DNA of 64,000 bases. Origin: Eledone cirrhosa. Lineage: Eukaryota. The DNA lies in NCBI GenBank assembly GCA_964016885.1, contig OZ024741.1, forward strand, positions 304,792,001 to 304,856,000, given 5' to 3'. This document shows, one piece after another, positions 1 to 13,206 of this stretch (its first letter is position 1; every line of letters starts with the position of its first letter). The notes under the pieces were generated by a model, which was not told where the DNA came from, ran no database searches, and worked only from the letters and a program-made list of their open reading frames with translations. A program made the translations under genes and the position numbers.

Positions 1-225
1 TAGCATTAGTCAGCTTAATATATTTTTCAAATGTATTTCAAAACAAAGCTTTTTAATGTGCAAATAGTAATGGATTCATAATAAACTGAAAAACTGCTTT
101 TATTCACTAATATAGAATCATTCATATATCACCCACTATTCAAACTTTATACAAATTTAACAATCAAAATCTTAAAATAAGTCTTTAAAAAAAAATAAAT
201 AAATTAAAAAAAAAAAAATAATAAT

Positions 226-261
<36 letters not shown>

Positions 262-2148
262 ATTTTTATATACAGTATCATCAATTAATATTTATTTTCC
301 ATGCTTGCATGGGTTAGACAGGTTGTAACGTTATGAGACAAGTCAGGTCCGGGGACCATGTCATGTTCATACAGATCTGTATTTCGGCTTGGTTTATATA
401 GCTGGATATGCTTCCCAACATCAACCAATGTTAGTGTGTACTGGGAGCTTTTTGTGACACTTTATAGGGTGAACTGGGCACTTTTTGTTATGTCACCAAC
501 ACAACCACCTTACAATGTGGATAAAATTGTGAATTGACAGAGACGTTAGGTCAGAATGTAAACCTTGACAAAAATGGAACTTACAAACAAAATATCATTC
601 TTAACTTACGCAGGAGTGCAGTAACACTCATTTGAATCATGACAACCTGTCCAAGCCATGCTGTCATGAAAAGGTATTATGTAAAATGATGATAACATCG
701 TATTGCAAATCGTATAGTCTATCACAATTTTTCAACCTGTACCAGTTTGTCAGTGAGAGATAATACTTACAGATCATGTCTTGCTAATTCTTAAATCTTT
801 TTTGAGTGATATAACCACTGTACAGAACATCTAAATAATGCTTTTAATGCCAAACCACTTTTTCAGATTATCTGCACCTTATCTTCTTGTATTATCCCCA
901 TCTGAAAAAATTCACCCCATCTTCCGTAACTATATAGCATTATACTCCTATTGACACAGCATGACTGAATAGTTAAGAAGTTCGCTTTACAATCATTAAG
1001 TCTTGGGTTTAATCTTATTGTGTGACATTTTGGGTTGACACATGCTTTGTGAGTAAAACTGGGTAGATGGAAACTGTTTGGAAGCCTGTCAGATAGACTG
1101 TACTTTAAAAGACCAGCCTTGTCACTGTCATGCTAAATTTTAGTATATTAAGGATACACATGTCTGTGGCATGCTCAGCTACTTACACATTCATTTCATG
1201 AACAGGCTGTTTCATCGACAGAAGAATTGGAACATGCATCACTGAAGCCTATACCGATAGAGGTCCATTCCATCCCACACATTTTGCAGCTTTGTAATTA
1301 ACTTGTACTTTGGACTTCACCCTACTGAACTTTAAGCTTTTTAATGTTAGAGCCACAAACAATTCATGTTCTACAAATTGATACAGACTTAACTGATCAT
1401 ATGATATGCAATGTTAATGCTTTTGATATCAAACCACCCTTGGTATACAATACAAAACTTAATTTTTAAGTTATATCTATCTGAAAACCTTCCAACAACA
1501 TTTTTTATAACAACCTTTAAGTTAAGTTACACTCTAAACATGAGCTTAACACCGAGAAAGTTACATAAGTAAATCCCTAAAAATTCTCTATTTTCTAAAT
1601 CATTTGCATATTAGAAATTTGGTAACCAAAGAGTTAATAACAACAGCACAGCAGTATGATCAAGAAATTTGCTTCACAATCTCTTGCTTCCACTGCACAG
1701 CGCACTGATCAAATATAGCCTCAGGTTGATCAATACCATGAGTAAAATTTTGTACAGAGAAATTATGCCAGACTGACATTTATGTGCGAGTGTGTGTGTA
1801 TTTATGCCTGTGCATACTGTTGTGTTAAGTTACCTATTTATGCCCCAAAGGAAAATAAAAAAAATCTTCACTATTCGATAAACATAAAATATGTCATTGA
1901 AATAAATTCTGTGGTTGATATGATTGACTAAAATCTTGAAACCAGTAAAATGGAGTAAATTTCACCAGGAAGAAAAATTAAAATTTTTAAGAAACTAAAT
2001 ATTTTGTTGAAAATCTTGAAAAACACTGAAAAGAATAAGACATTTAGAGAATAACTTGTATTAAAACTAAATAGTGAAACCAATATTAGAAACAAAAAGG
2101 ATGGTTATAAACTCTGGAGGGACATTGAATGTTACAAAATTCTCTGCA

Positions 2149-2401
2149 TACTCTTGGGTCCCAAATAATAGTTTGGAAAATTGGCAATTTTTCTAGGTTG
2201 TTTCCACTGATTTTTTAAAAATCCAGAATTAGTCGTTTAGTCTACATATTGGGACCCCCAAACCATAGAGATTTCTAGTAATGTTCTTTTTTTGACATGT
2301 ATAAAGAAAATTGTCACAGGAATGCTACCACTTAAAATAAAATTTCGCTGGATGTAGCTTAGCAAAATTTAAAGGGGTGGGGGATTTGAGACCTGCGAGT
2401 A
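2149..2401. mobile_element. TA-flanked non-autonomous DNA transposon (MITE); related copies at ~31205-31543 and 37171-37469 (reverse)
   Basis: Ends TACTCTTGGGTCCC ... GAGACCTGCGAGTA form an imperfect TIR; internal TTTTTCTAGGTTG...CCAGAATTAGTC...ATGCTACCACTTAAAATAAAATTTC recurs in the other two copies. Confidence 0.7.
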
Positions 2402-2604
2402 TATTAAAAAAAGATGACCTCTGTTATGAGTGAAAACTAACATTGATGATGGGGAAATAATCAGCATTTTCGAAAGTGGGTTCCAGGGGCAAGTATTTTA
2501 ATCAAATTTGATACTGTTTTTATGAATAAATTCTCTCTCTAAAACAAATTGTTTCATTTAATATTTTAAATGAAATACATTCTATTTCAATCAAACTTAA
2601 ACCA

Positions 2605-2815
2605 TCAATTATTTTGTGAGTTTGATATCGAATAATAATCGATTCATTTGCAAGCAAACAGCCTCATTACGCTGTTTTTTAGATGACCATCACCATCCTT
2701 TTGTTCTAGCGGTGACATAGGATGGTGATGGTAAAAAAACATAGCATAAGGAGGTTGTTTGCTTGCAAATGAATTAAATCATTATTATTTGATATAAAAC
2801 TCACGAATGCATTGA
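2605..2815. repeat. Fold-back inverted repeat, ~85-bp arms
   Basis: GTGAGTTT..TTCATTTGCAAGCAAACAGCCTC..ACCATCACCATCCT mirrored by AGGATGGTGATGGT..GAGGTTGTTTGCTTGCAAATGAA..AAACTCAC. Confidence 0.85.
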
Positions 2816-3829
2816 CATATCCGCTATGTTAGAGCAAAAAACGAAATTCTAATTTTGTTTTTTTAATTATTTTATTAGTTAAGTGTTTGTAACAAATGGT
2901 TCTAATATAAAATTTATGTTGGAAGATTTAAATTTAAATAGGATCACTTTATAATTGGCTGTGAATCATAGAACAAGGTGATTTAGTATCAAAAAGATTA
3001 ATAGATTCTTTCAATTTAAGATATTACATACAATTATTGTGTGTGTATCAGTCAGTTGTATTTAGTAAATGATGAAAAAGTTGGAAGAAAAACAACTTTG
3101 ATTAAAGTTTTTACAATGAAGCTTTAAGTCAAGACTGGCTTTTTCAGGTGAGATTATTAAGGTCCCATGTGCAAGATATGCAAGGTTTTGAATTGTGGTA
3201 TTAACTATGTCCTGTACCACAGCAAAATATTCTTGAAAAGTACAAAACAGCAATATGCCTGTATAGCATTAAAAATTAAAATCTTTACCAGTGGACAGAT
3301 CATTGTGAAAATAATGTTTACAACAATCTTCCCACTATTAAAGATTTTAGATATTTTCTGCGAAATAATTACAGGGTGTTAGGAATTAAATGTGTATTGG
3401 TTTTCCTTAAAAAATTAATATTCATGTATGTGCTGAGGTTGTTCAATGGAAATAAGTTGTCATGTGTTCTTTGCAAAATAATTGTCATTGGGATGTTAGA
3501 CTTGGTCAGAAGTATTAACCCTACCATTAACATTTTTAAAAAAGACACTATGATTATCAAATAATTTTTTTAAATAATCAAAAATTTGGAGGGATTTAGT
3601 AATATAACTTTCTCATATTTAAACTGGTGCTTGAAACCTAGCTTAAAAGTTCTTAAAATTATGGCAGCAGGATATTAAATATAAACACTTTATAATAAAC
3701 AGCTTTGTATTGCAGAACCAAAGGCCATATTGGGTCGTTTGATATTAAAAGGGATAAGATGTGAGCTGTAAATTTCATTAGAAGGCACAACCAAGTTGAC
3801 AGGGTTCAGATGGCCAGTTATGCCATTCA

Positions 3830-4100
3830 CCATGGCTTAATGGTTAAGATCGTAAGGTTGTGAGTTGAGTAGCACGTAACATACTTTAACAAGACATTAT
3901 TTCACATTGCTCCAGTCTACACAACTGGAAAAAATAAGTTGTGTGACAACACTGATGACAAGCTGTATCAGCCTTTGCCTTTCCCTTGAAAGGCATTGGT
4001 GGCATGGAGAGGGGAGACTAGCATTCATGAACAACTGCTGGTCTTCCACAAAACACCTTACCCAGGTTTGCAGGTTTGCACCTTGGAGAACTTTCCAAGT
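3830..4100 (+). mobile_element. Degenerate tRNA-derived SINE (related copies ~31590-31715, ~41095-41360)
   Basis: A-box-like TGGCTTAATGGTTAAG head and shared body CAAGACA(T/C)T..ATTTCA..TTGCTCCAGTC.AC. Confidence 0.55.
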
Positions 4101-4437
4101 TCAGCATCATAGTCAGTCATGACCGGAAAGGGGGGGGGGGGGCTTTGCCTCCTCCATCTGCAATATTCTCAGACATGCTTCCAGAGTCTTTGGGGTCTCA
4201 GGATCTGAAACCTACCTTTCTACATCCATCCACACCTCCCAGGATAGTCACAAGCATGACGGCAGATTTTTCAGCATTAGATGAAAACTGCAATATATTT
4301 TTCAAACAAGCCCCTCTACCAAAACTCAGTTTACAAATTGTAAAAATTACTTTTTAAATACCAACCCACCTCTATTAAGGTATGAAGATATTCAAATTTA
4401 AGCCTGGGACTGAAATCTCATTATTACAATTACTGTA

Positions 4438-4595
4438 TCATCATCATCGTTTAACGTCTACCTTCCACACTAGCATGGGTTTAGACGGGAATTGTCCCAC
4501 GTGAGGCAAGATTGGTTGTCTTACTCATATAAGACTGCCTGGCAGGTTTTCTATGGCTGGATGCTCTTCCTAACACCAACCGCATTTACAGTGTA
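4438..4595 (-). mobile_element. RTE LINE 3'-end fragment with (CAT)n tail
   Basis: Matches the 3' UTR end of the RTE at 56465-56640. Confidence 0.8.
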
Positions 4596-4862
4596 TATAC
4601 TCATTTAGCAGTATTGGTTATAGATGTTATCGCCACTTTAGCAGGGTGGTAGAATCAGTGGTCGTTAGTTGCCAGTGTGGTAAGTGATAGTATCCTCGTT
4701 GGATTATCTTGTTGACATAGACGTGAGGGAAGGTCCCTCGATCTATTTACCATCTATTCACAATATTCCTTTCGTCAGGTCGCCAATTCCAGCAGCATGG
4801 ATTAAAGATGTTATTGAGACACGAGTAACATAACGACTTCAACCGCAGTAATTAGAGATGAA

Positions 4863-4877
4863 ACGTCGGGGTCACCA
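4863..4877 (-). other. tRNA-Trp-type primer binding site (TGGTGACCCCGACGT) in reverse orientation to pol
   Basis: Plus strand ACGTCGGGGTCACCA equals the 3' end of metazoan tRNA-Trp including CCA (recalled); directly abuts the first pol codon at 4878. Confidence 0.75.
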
Positions 4878-7113
4878 GGATTAAGGAATGCCGCTAGTAC
4901 TTTTCAGCGGTTTATGGATGAGGTTACTCGCGGCCTCGATTTCGTCTATACCTATATTGACGATCTGCTCATTGCTAGTTCTTCTCCAGAGCAGCATACG
5001 CACCATTTGAATCTTCTTTTCCGCCGATTGAAGGCGTATAATGTGCAGCTTAATGCACCCAAATGTGTTTTTGGTGCTGAGTCACTGACTTTCTTGGGTC
5101 ACGTCATCGATGCTGACGGAATTCGACCCCGGCCTGAGCGAGTTAAGGTCATAGAGGATTTGCCTCCACCGACCTCACTACGTCAGTTACGCCAGTTCTT
5201 AGGTCTGGTTAACTTTTATAGGCGTTTCGTGCCAAATTGTGCCAAGTTGCTTTTCTCCCTGACAGAAATTTTGAAAAATTGTCGGAGGAAGAACAAAGAT
5301 ATTTCTTTGACAGACACTCAACTTGCTGATTTTCAGCACGCCAAAACTGTTTTGGCTAATGCTTCGTTACTGACTCACCCGGTACCCGGTGCAAAGCTAA
5401 CGCTTTGTGTTGATGCATCGGATATCGCTGTGGGCGCAGTACTTCAGCAAAACATCAATGGTTACCAGCAACCGCTGGAGTTTTTTTCCAAAAAGCTAAA
5501 TCCTGCTGAGACGCGCTACAGCACCTTTGGAAGAGAGCTTTTAGCCATCTATTTGGCCGTGAAACATTTTTCACATGTGCTAGAGGGTAGACAATTTACT
5601 ATCCTCACTGACCATAAACCATTGACTTTTGCTTTGAGAGCGAAGGCCGATAAATACTCGCCCAGAGAGACGAGACACCTTGATTTCATCTCGCAATATA
5701 CGAGTGATATCCAGCACATTCCGGGTTCACTAAATACAGCGGCCGATGCTTTGTCCCGCTTACCCGTGACAGCGATCTCGTCACCCTCTGACATAGATCT
5801 GACTCGTTTGGCTGCGGATCAGCCTCCCCTTGAGTCACTGGATGTCACATCGCCCGAGTTTGCGAATTGCGAGATGAAATACTTGCCTCTGTCGACTGCA
5901 GTTGGCCAAATTCTCTGCGACGTCTCTTTGGACGTGCCTAGGCCCTTCGTTCCAGAGAATCATCGTCGGACCGTGTTTCTGGGATTACATTGTATCTCGT
6001 ATCCAGGATCTTCTGCCACAGCAAAGCTCATATCAGCTAGATTTTTCTGGCCAAATATGAGGCGTGAAATTGCTGCTTGGTGCCGTTCCTGCGTCGCTTG
6101 CCAGAGATCAAAGGTCCATCGACACGTCAAGGCTCCCCTGGGTACCTTTGCTAACCCAGATGCGCGTTTTTCACATATTCATATTGACATAGTGGGACCT
6201 TGGCCTGTCAGCGATGGTTTTTCTTATCTACTTACCGTCATTGACCGTTTTTCGAGATGGCCTGAGGCCATCCCCTTGAAAAACATCACCGCGTGCTCTT
6301 GTGTCTGGATGGATCTCTCGTTATGGAGTTCCATCCACAATAACTACCGACCGTGGACGACAGTTCGAGTCGAGCCTTTTCCTCGAGCTGTCAAAAATAA
6401 TTGGTGCTAAACGCATTCGAACTACGGCATACCATCCCGCTTCGAATGGTATGGTGGAGCGTTTTCACCGCCAACTGAAGGCCTCCTTAATGGCCTCAAT
6501 GGACTCGGCGCATTGGAGCGAGTACCTCCCTATTGTGCTACTAGGGATTCGGTCAACGGTGAAGGTCGACTTTGGATTTTCACCGGCCGAAGTACTGTAC
6601 GGTGCCCCTCTGACGTTGCCCGGGCAAATGCTTGCCCCTATCGATCTTGATGCCCAAGATCACGCTTCCTACGTGTCCCGTTTGCGCTCCTATTTCCAGG
6701 ATTTGCCGCCAATGGACACTAGGAAACAAACTGTCAAGACTGCTGTCCCGAGGGATATTGCCTCGTGGACGCATGTCTTTGTAAGGAATGATACGGTGAA
6801 GCCCCCGCTCACACAGCCTTACACTGGACCTTACCGTGTCTTAGCGCGCTCAGCTAAGCATTTCACGTTAGATATTAAGGGGTCCAGGGTGACAGTTACA
6901 TTAGACAGGCTTAAGCAGGCGCACCTTGATACGGACGCTGTGGTTCCTGATCCACGAACCCCTTCGTATTTGCCTGTTGAGCGAACGACTGTTCCTGATC
7001 CACCATCATCGCCTGTCCCTACACCACCACCATCGCCACGTTACAAGACCACGACCCGTTCAGGTCGTAGGGTCCACTGGCCCAAAAAACTTTGCAGCAC
7101 CGTCTATATTTAG
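4878..7113 (+). pseudogene. Gypsy pol fragment: RT (C-half) - RNase H - DDE integrase - GPY/F; frameshift near 6295
   Basis: GLRNAASTFQR, YIDD, VDAS/RELLAI/TDHKPL/ADALSR, zinc finger H..YPG..CVAC, HIDIVGP, TTDRG, GMVERFH, PYTGPY; RT-RH-IN order is Gypsy; split across ORFs 4914-6410 and 6301-7113. Confidence 0.95.
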
Positions 7114-7340
7114 ACTATGTTAGCTGCACCTTTTTTTTGGCCTCTGTGTTTCTGCTTTTTCTTTGCCTTGTTTTTTTTTATGCATGCATGTCGTTTTTTT
7201 TTAACATTTTTCAAATCCTTATTCTGGATTCAATTTTTGCTAGAGCGGATAGCTCCCCCTTGTTGCATTGTTCGCCATCTTACTCCACATGTGAGTAATG
7301 ACATCGATTTTCAATAATTTGAAAATCTGGTTCGAGGTAC

Positions 7341-7566
7341 TGTAGTAAGACGCCTCACGCTCCTTGATAGAACAACGCCGGTTGAGAACGCCAGAAAGAA
7401 AAGACAGACAGCCACTGGAAAGCCGACGGATCACACGCCAGATACCAGCCTCTGTACAACACCATTGTTTGTGCTACAACAAAAAATAAACGTATATTTC
7501 ATCTCTAATTTCTGCTGTTATTATGTCACTTGCATCTCGATAACATCTACAACTAATACTGCTAAA
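7341..7566 (+). repeat. Probable 3' LTR-like segment of the Gypsy element
   Basis: Begins TGTAG after degenerate PPT-like CTGGTTCGAGGTAC; AATAAA at 7485-7490; no direct-orientation partner found. Confidence 0.55.
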
Positions 7567-10250
7567 CTCATATATAAGCTGACCCCTATTTTATGTCTGA
7601 GAAATGAGCAAAAATCCAAATCCGATGTATAAACTGAAGCAGCTAATCAAATGTCACGGTTTTGAAATTCTCATTCATAGAAAATATATTTATGAAGTTT
7701 AATATTTAAAATGTTTTCAGTGTTTGTTTCAGAACTCCATTATGCAATGATTATTTTTACCAATTTCTGATTGTTTTGAAGGCCATATTCATTAAAAACA
7801 GAAAAAGCGAATTTCAAGTTGTGTGAATGAAACCATAGTGATATTCACCTCCAAAGCGAAAATATCTTAGCACATCATTTACATAAAATTTTGAAGGTGA
7901 AAATTGGTCAAAATATTGACTTCAAATATAAGCCAAACCCTATTTTACCATAGATTTTTTTTTTTTTTGTTACATATTTCTTGTTTTATATACAAGTATA
8001 TACAGTAGATAAAATTAGATTTCAGTTATTAAGTTAATTGTTTTACTAACCCTCTCATAATTATTGATTATTTTGATAAATTAAAATGCAATGGAAGTAT
8101 ATTCTTGTTAGAAATATGGTAACAAAAGGGTTAAAACTAACGAATACATAACACAAATATAAAATGTCTAAATTGCTTACATCAATATACTTTTAATTAT
8201 TAATGTGTTGCTACTCTAAAAACAAGTGATTTTTCAGAGTCTTATCATACACGACTCTTAAAAACACTTGCCTTAACCTTTTTGATACAAAACTGCCTAA
8301 ACTAGTCCTGATGTTTCAATATGGAGATGTTTATTTTAAAGTATTTGTATTTATATAAAAACTTTCCATCAAAGTTTTTATGCAAGAAGTTTGGTAAGTT
8401 ATGTTCCAAACACCAGTTTAATAACAAGAAAGTTCAGTATATATCTAAATCCTTCCAAATTCTTAGCTATTTTAAAAACTACTTGCAAATCGTAAGCAGT
8501 GTCTTTCATTAGAAAAATGTTAATGAAAGGATTAATTAGTTTCTTACTGAATAATTTGAATAAATTATTTCAGCACACAATTTCACAATCACAATTTTAT
8601 TACAAGCACATTTCAAGAGTGCTGCATCATAACTACTTTAAATTAGACAAGATACTATTCATTGAATAAAAATTTATGGAATACATAACTATACATTTAA
8701 TCTATAAAAATAGACAAGCTGTGTAGTAGGTGAAGAATTTTCATAAAAGTACATAATTCGGAATTCATACAGAATGTGTTTCTGTTTACTTAAGATTTTA
8801 CTTGATTATTGTAATATCCCAACTATTTTCTTGTAAATATTTCAATTTATTTAACTTGTGCCATGATAAAGAGCACCCATTCTCCCTTGTAAGGTGATAC
8901 TGCTGGAGTCATGATAAAATGCTTCCAGTACATGCTTGGTAGAATCCAAGTCAAAAATGAACTTAAGAAAGACATTATCAACTGAACAGTCTAGCCTCTA
9001 AATAGAACAACCCATACAAGCACGGAAAATAAACATTAAAAAAAGATGATTATCTAATATGTCTCAGCAGCATGACAATTAACTTCTATAAAAGACAAAA
9101 GATGCATAAAAGGATAGCAACCTCAAGATGAATGTTGTAAAGAGACTCAAAGTGAAATTAGTACAAGTCATAATTAGGTTGTGGTGTGTACTAGACACAT
9201 CATCATCATTGTTTAACATCTATTTTTCATGGGTTAGCAAAGCTGTCACGTAATATAGTTAGACTGGTCAGGTAACCGTGTTTTGCTCATATGTTTCATT
9301 TTGGCTTATTTTCTATTTCTGAATGACCTTCCTAATTAATGCCAATCACTTTACAGCATGTACTGGGAGCATTTTATTGTGACACAAACACTACCACTTA
9401 AAGTGGAATCACACATAACTAAAACAATACAAATAATTAGAGAAACAAAAACCCAGTTCACTAAGGGAGAGCTCCACTCAATATTGTACACAAACATTTC
9501 ACAAGTCTTCATTCCCTATAGCTTGCTGAAACTGAGAAAGCTACATATAGTTGAACAGCTTTGAAGAACAATTCAACCCTGTATGATAATACCATACACA
9601 AAGTCAGGATTAGCAACAAATTCAGTTTTGGGGCAGGTTATTTTTTTTCCGTGGGCTGTTCCTATCCCCTCACTCCAGCCACCCTCTAAGCACAGGTTGT
9701 GCTGATCTATTAATCATTACATAATTTTTCAGAGCTAGAGAAAAAGTACCAAACCTAAAAGAATAACCAAGTACATAAAATATATTAACTCTTAAAATCA
9801 TGTAATGATTGAGCAGAAAAATACTAAAAATGCAATTTTAATTCAAATTTTATAGTATTCTTTCTAGTGAACAGATTGTAAGAATCTGTGATGCAGTCAC
9901 CGTACTGTTTTGTACTTTTTAAGAATGTTTAGCTAATGTGGTTTCATGTGATAAATTAAGACTATGAGAAGAGGCTGTACTGGTTTGCTAGGTAAAAAAG
10001 TGCTGACAATGTCAGACTGAAACTAAATATACAAGTGATGGTGAGGCCAGTCAGATCTACAGTTATTGAATTTCACAGATGAAATAACACAAGATTGTGA
10101 AAAATGACATGCATAGAGGAACAAAAGCAAAGACAATGTTTCAAATACAGCATGACAGCTATTCAATAAATACAAATTAATATAATAAGTACTAGAATGG
10201 AATAGGTGCTGGGGATGATGTAATCAGTTAAAACACTCAAAGGCAGTGTC

Positions 10251-10310
10251 CCAGCTCAATTACTAAAACCATATCTTTTACCAGCTCAATTACTAAAACC
10301 ATATCTTTTA
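10251..10310. repeat. 30-bp perfect tandem duplication
   Basis: CCAGCTCAATTACTAAAACCATATCTTT(T)A twice. Confidence 0.9.
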
Positions 10311-10478
10311 AAGAAATAACTTTCAGTGTTATATCAATGTAAATGCTTTTATAAAATATACCCTGGCTAGAACAAATTTATATTGAATAAAAAGTTGCGA
10401 AATGAATTTGCTATTACCCTTTTGATACCAAACCACCTTAAACTGGCCGTGGTTCTATGATACAAAGCTGCTTTTTTT

Positions 10479-12492
10479 AACGTTTAACATCCATATTCCA
10501 TGCTTGCATGGGTTTGGACGGGAGTTTTCCCACTTGAGGCAAGAGTGGTTGTCTTGCGGGTTTTCTATGGCTGGATGCCCTTCCTAACACCAACCACATT
10601 TACAGTGTGGAACTGGGAGGTTTTTACTGTTACCTACACGGCCACATTACAGCGTGGACTGTGCTTTTTTTGTCGCAACACCTACACGACCTCATTTGTT
10701 TCGGGCTGGATGTTGTGGTACCAACATAACTTTACATTGAAAGGGGTGGTGTGGATGGGGTGGGGGCAGTGGGACGGGGGGGGGGGTTATTTTGTTAGAG
10801 GTGCCTACTGACTGTAGTAGGTTTCACTTTGTACTTAGGTAAGGCGGGTCTTCTCTATTACTGTGTAGCACCAAAGCTCTTGGTCCAGTGACATTGTCTT
10901 GGAGAGGTGTAAGTGTGTGAGGTCGGAATTTATCAAGTCGTCCCAGGTTTTTCTGAGTCTGCCTACTCCGTGGCTACCGTCTATTTTTATTGCCCTGCAC
11001 TTTTTTTATACAGCTGTCGTCTTTCATGCGCATCACGTGACCATACCAACGTAGCCTTCTCTCGAGTAGACAACATCTGATCCCTCTTATTTCTAATTTT
11101 TCCCTTAGTTCGTTTATGTTTTGCCGTTCACGTATATTACTATTACACATCCAGCGGAGCATGCAAGCTTCATTCCTCTCCAGTCTGCGTATATCCTCTG
11201 CACACAATGCCCAGGTCTGACTGCCATGCAACATTGCTGTTCGTATGCAGGCATCATACAGCCTGCCTTTCATTTTTAGAGAGAACCCTTTAGCGGCTAA
11301 TAGTGGTATAAGCTCTCTGAACTTTTTACATCCAGTTCTGACTCTAGCTACTGTACTTTCAGAGCACCCTCCCCCACTGCTGATTTTGTCACCCAGGTAA
11401 CGGAAGCTGTCCACTATTTCTATAGAACCATCTGTGCAATGGAATGAGCTAGTATTCTGTGGGCACTTGCTGCTACTTATTGCACCAGAGCACCGGCCAC
11501 ATATAAAATCTATGTTCTTAGTTAGCTTACCTGTGATCCCACTACATCTTTTATGCACACATACTTTGCATTTGGGACATAAAATGGAGTTTCTACCTAC
11601 TCTTTTCCTACACACTGAGCATGGCCATTTCCCGGATGGGACCGGCGCCCTATTTTCCTTCCTACAAACTAGAACTTTAGTCTTAGACAGGTTAATTTTA
11701 AGGCCTTTTATTCTAGGCCATGCTTCCATGTTTGGAATTTCTTCTCTAGTTTGGCCATTGATTCAGCTGAGTGTTAGATCATCTGCGTATAGGAGTTCCC
11801 ACGGGCAGCCGGTCTTGAACTCCACTGTTATAGCCTGAAGGGCGATAATAGTAGGGGGCTAAGAACGGAGCCCTGATGAACACCAACTTTTACGCTAAAC
11901 TCTTCACTATATTCGTTGTTAATTCTAACCTTGCTGACTGTTTCTTTATACATGGCTTGTATAGCTCTCACAAGCCATTCATCAACACCTAGTTTTCTAA
12001 GAGCCCACCAGCTAATGGAACGGAGGACTCTGTCGAAGGCTTTCTCCAAGTCGACAAAAGCTAAGTATAGGGGTTTACTTTTAGCTAGGTACTTCTCCTG
12101 TAGTTGTCGTACAATGAAAAGAGCGTCTGTGGTATTTTTGCCTGACACAAACCCGAACTGCATTTCATCTAGATCAATTCTCTCTCTGGTTAGTTGCGCT
12201 ATTACTTTTTCTGTGACCTTCATGACCTGGTCGATTAATTTAATGCCTCTATAGTTACTCCTATCTAGGGCATCTCCTTTACCCTTGTAGCAGTTAATGA
12301 TGATGCTGCTACGCCAGTCCTTCAGAACAACCTCATTCTGTATGACTTGGTTTACTATCCGGGTGACCACGGTGTGTCCCACCGTTCCAGAAGCTTTCAG
12401 CATTTCAGCAACTATTTCCGAAGGCCCAGCCGCCTTACCCGTCTTCATATCTTTGATTGCCCAGCCGCCTGACCCGTCTTCATATCTTTGAT
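10479..12492 (-). mobile_element. 5'-truncated RTE LINE (family 1), frameshifted RT
   Basis: ORFs 11828-12448 and 10974-11729 nearly identical to the 56868-58500 protein (FVDLEKAFD, GVHQGSVLSP, RRLRWYGHVMRM); same 3' UTR. Confidence 0.95.
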
Positions 12493-13206
12493 TAACATCC
12501 TGTAGCTATTTAGTAGAATGTCTAAAAATGGGTCTTAATTCAAATTTGCAGTAAACTATAGACTTACTTTTAATGTGATGTAGTGAGTGCTGTTTTGTAC
12601 TTTTCAAAAATTCTTACTAATAAAGTTTAATGTGGTACAGAACATTATGAGTTTAAGTGTTTATTATTTAACTAGAAAACTTTTATAATTTTATTTAAGA
12701 ACCAGCTAAAATAAGTTATATTATCTTCAAAATTATTTGAAAATCATTCCAAAAGGGTTAAAATCCAAATAAACTAGTGATGTTCTGCATCAGCAAAAAT
12801 ACAAATATTTCAAACAGTGGAATAAGTTTTATATTTATGTATAAAACCTATTCCACTATTTCATCATCATTAACATTTGATTTCCCTTCTAGCAAATGTT
12901 TGACGAAATGTCAAGGACCAAATCAGTACTCAATCAGAGCCACTGATTTCACAATACAGAGAGCACTGTGTATTCTATCATGGCACCAGTACTGGGGAGG
13001 TTGTCATATCGTATTTTTTTGTGGCAGCAGCATTATGGAAATGATGTCCGTTACATCTGAAGAGTTCTCTCAATGCTTTTTTTGGAATGGTTTCTACAGC
13101 TGGATGATCTTCCTATCACCAATCACATTACAACGGTATATTTTTCGTGGCATGTTATGATTGGAGAGTCCTCTCAACACTTCTTGCATAAAAATGTTCA
13201 GCGAAC

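Larger units (their letters stand above)
4604..7566 (+). mobile_element. Ty3/Gypsy-derived element (5'-truncated pol) bounded by 29-bp inverted termini and CTCA TSD
   Basis: Left TTTAGCAGTATTGGTTATAGATGTTATCG (4604-4632) versus reverse complement of 7538-7566 TTTAGCAGTATTAGTTGTAGATGTTATCG (27/29); CTCA at 4600-4603 and 7567-7570. Confidence 0.85.
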
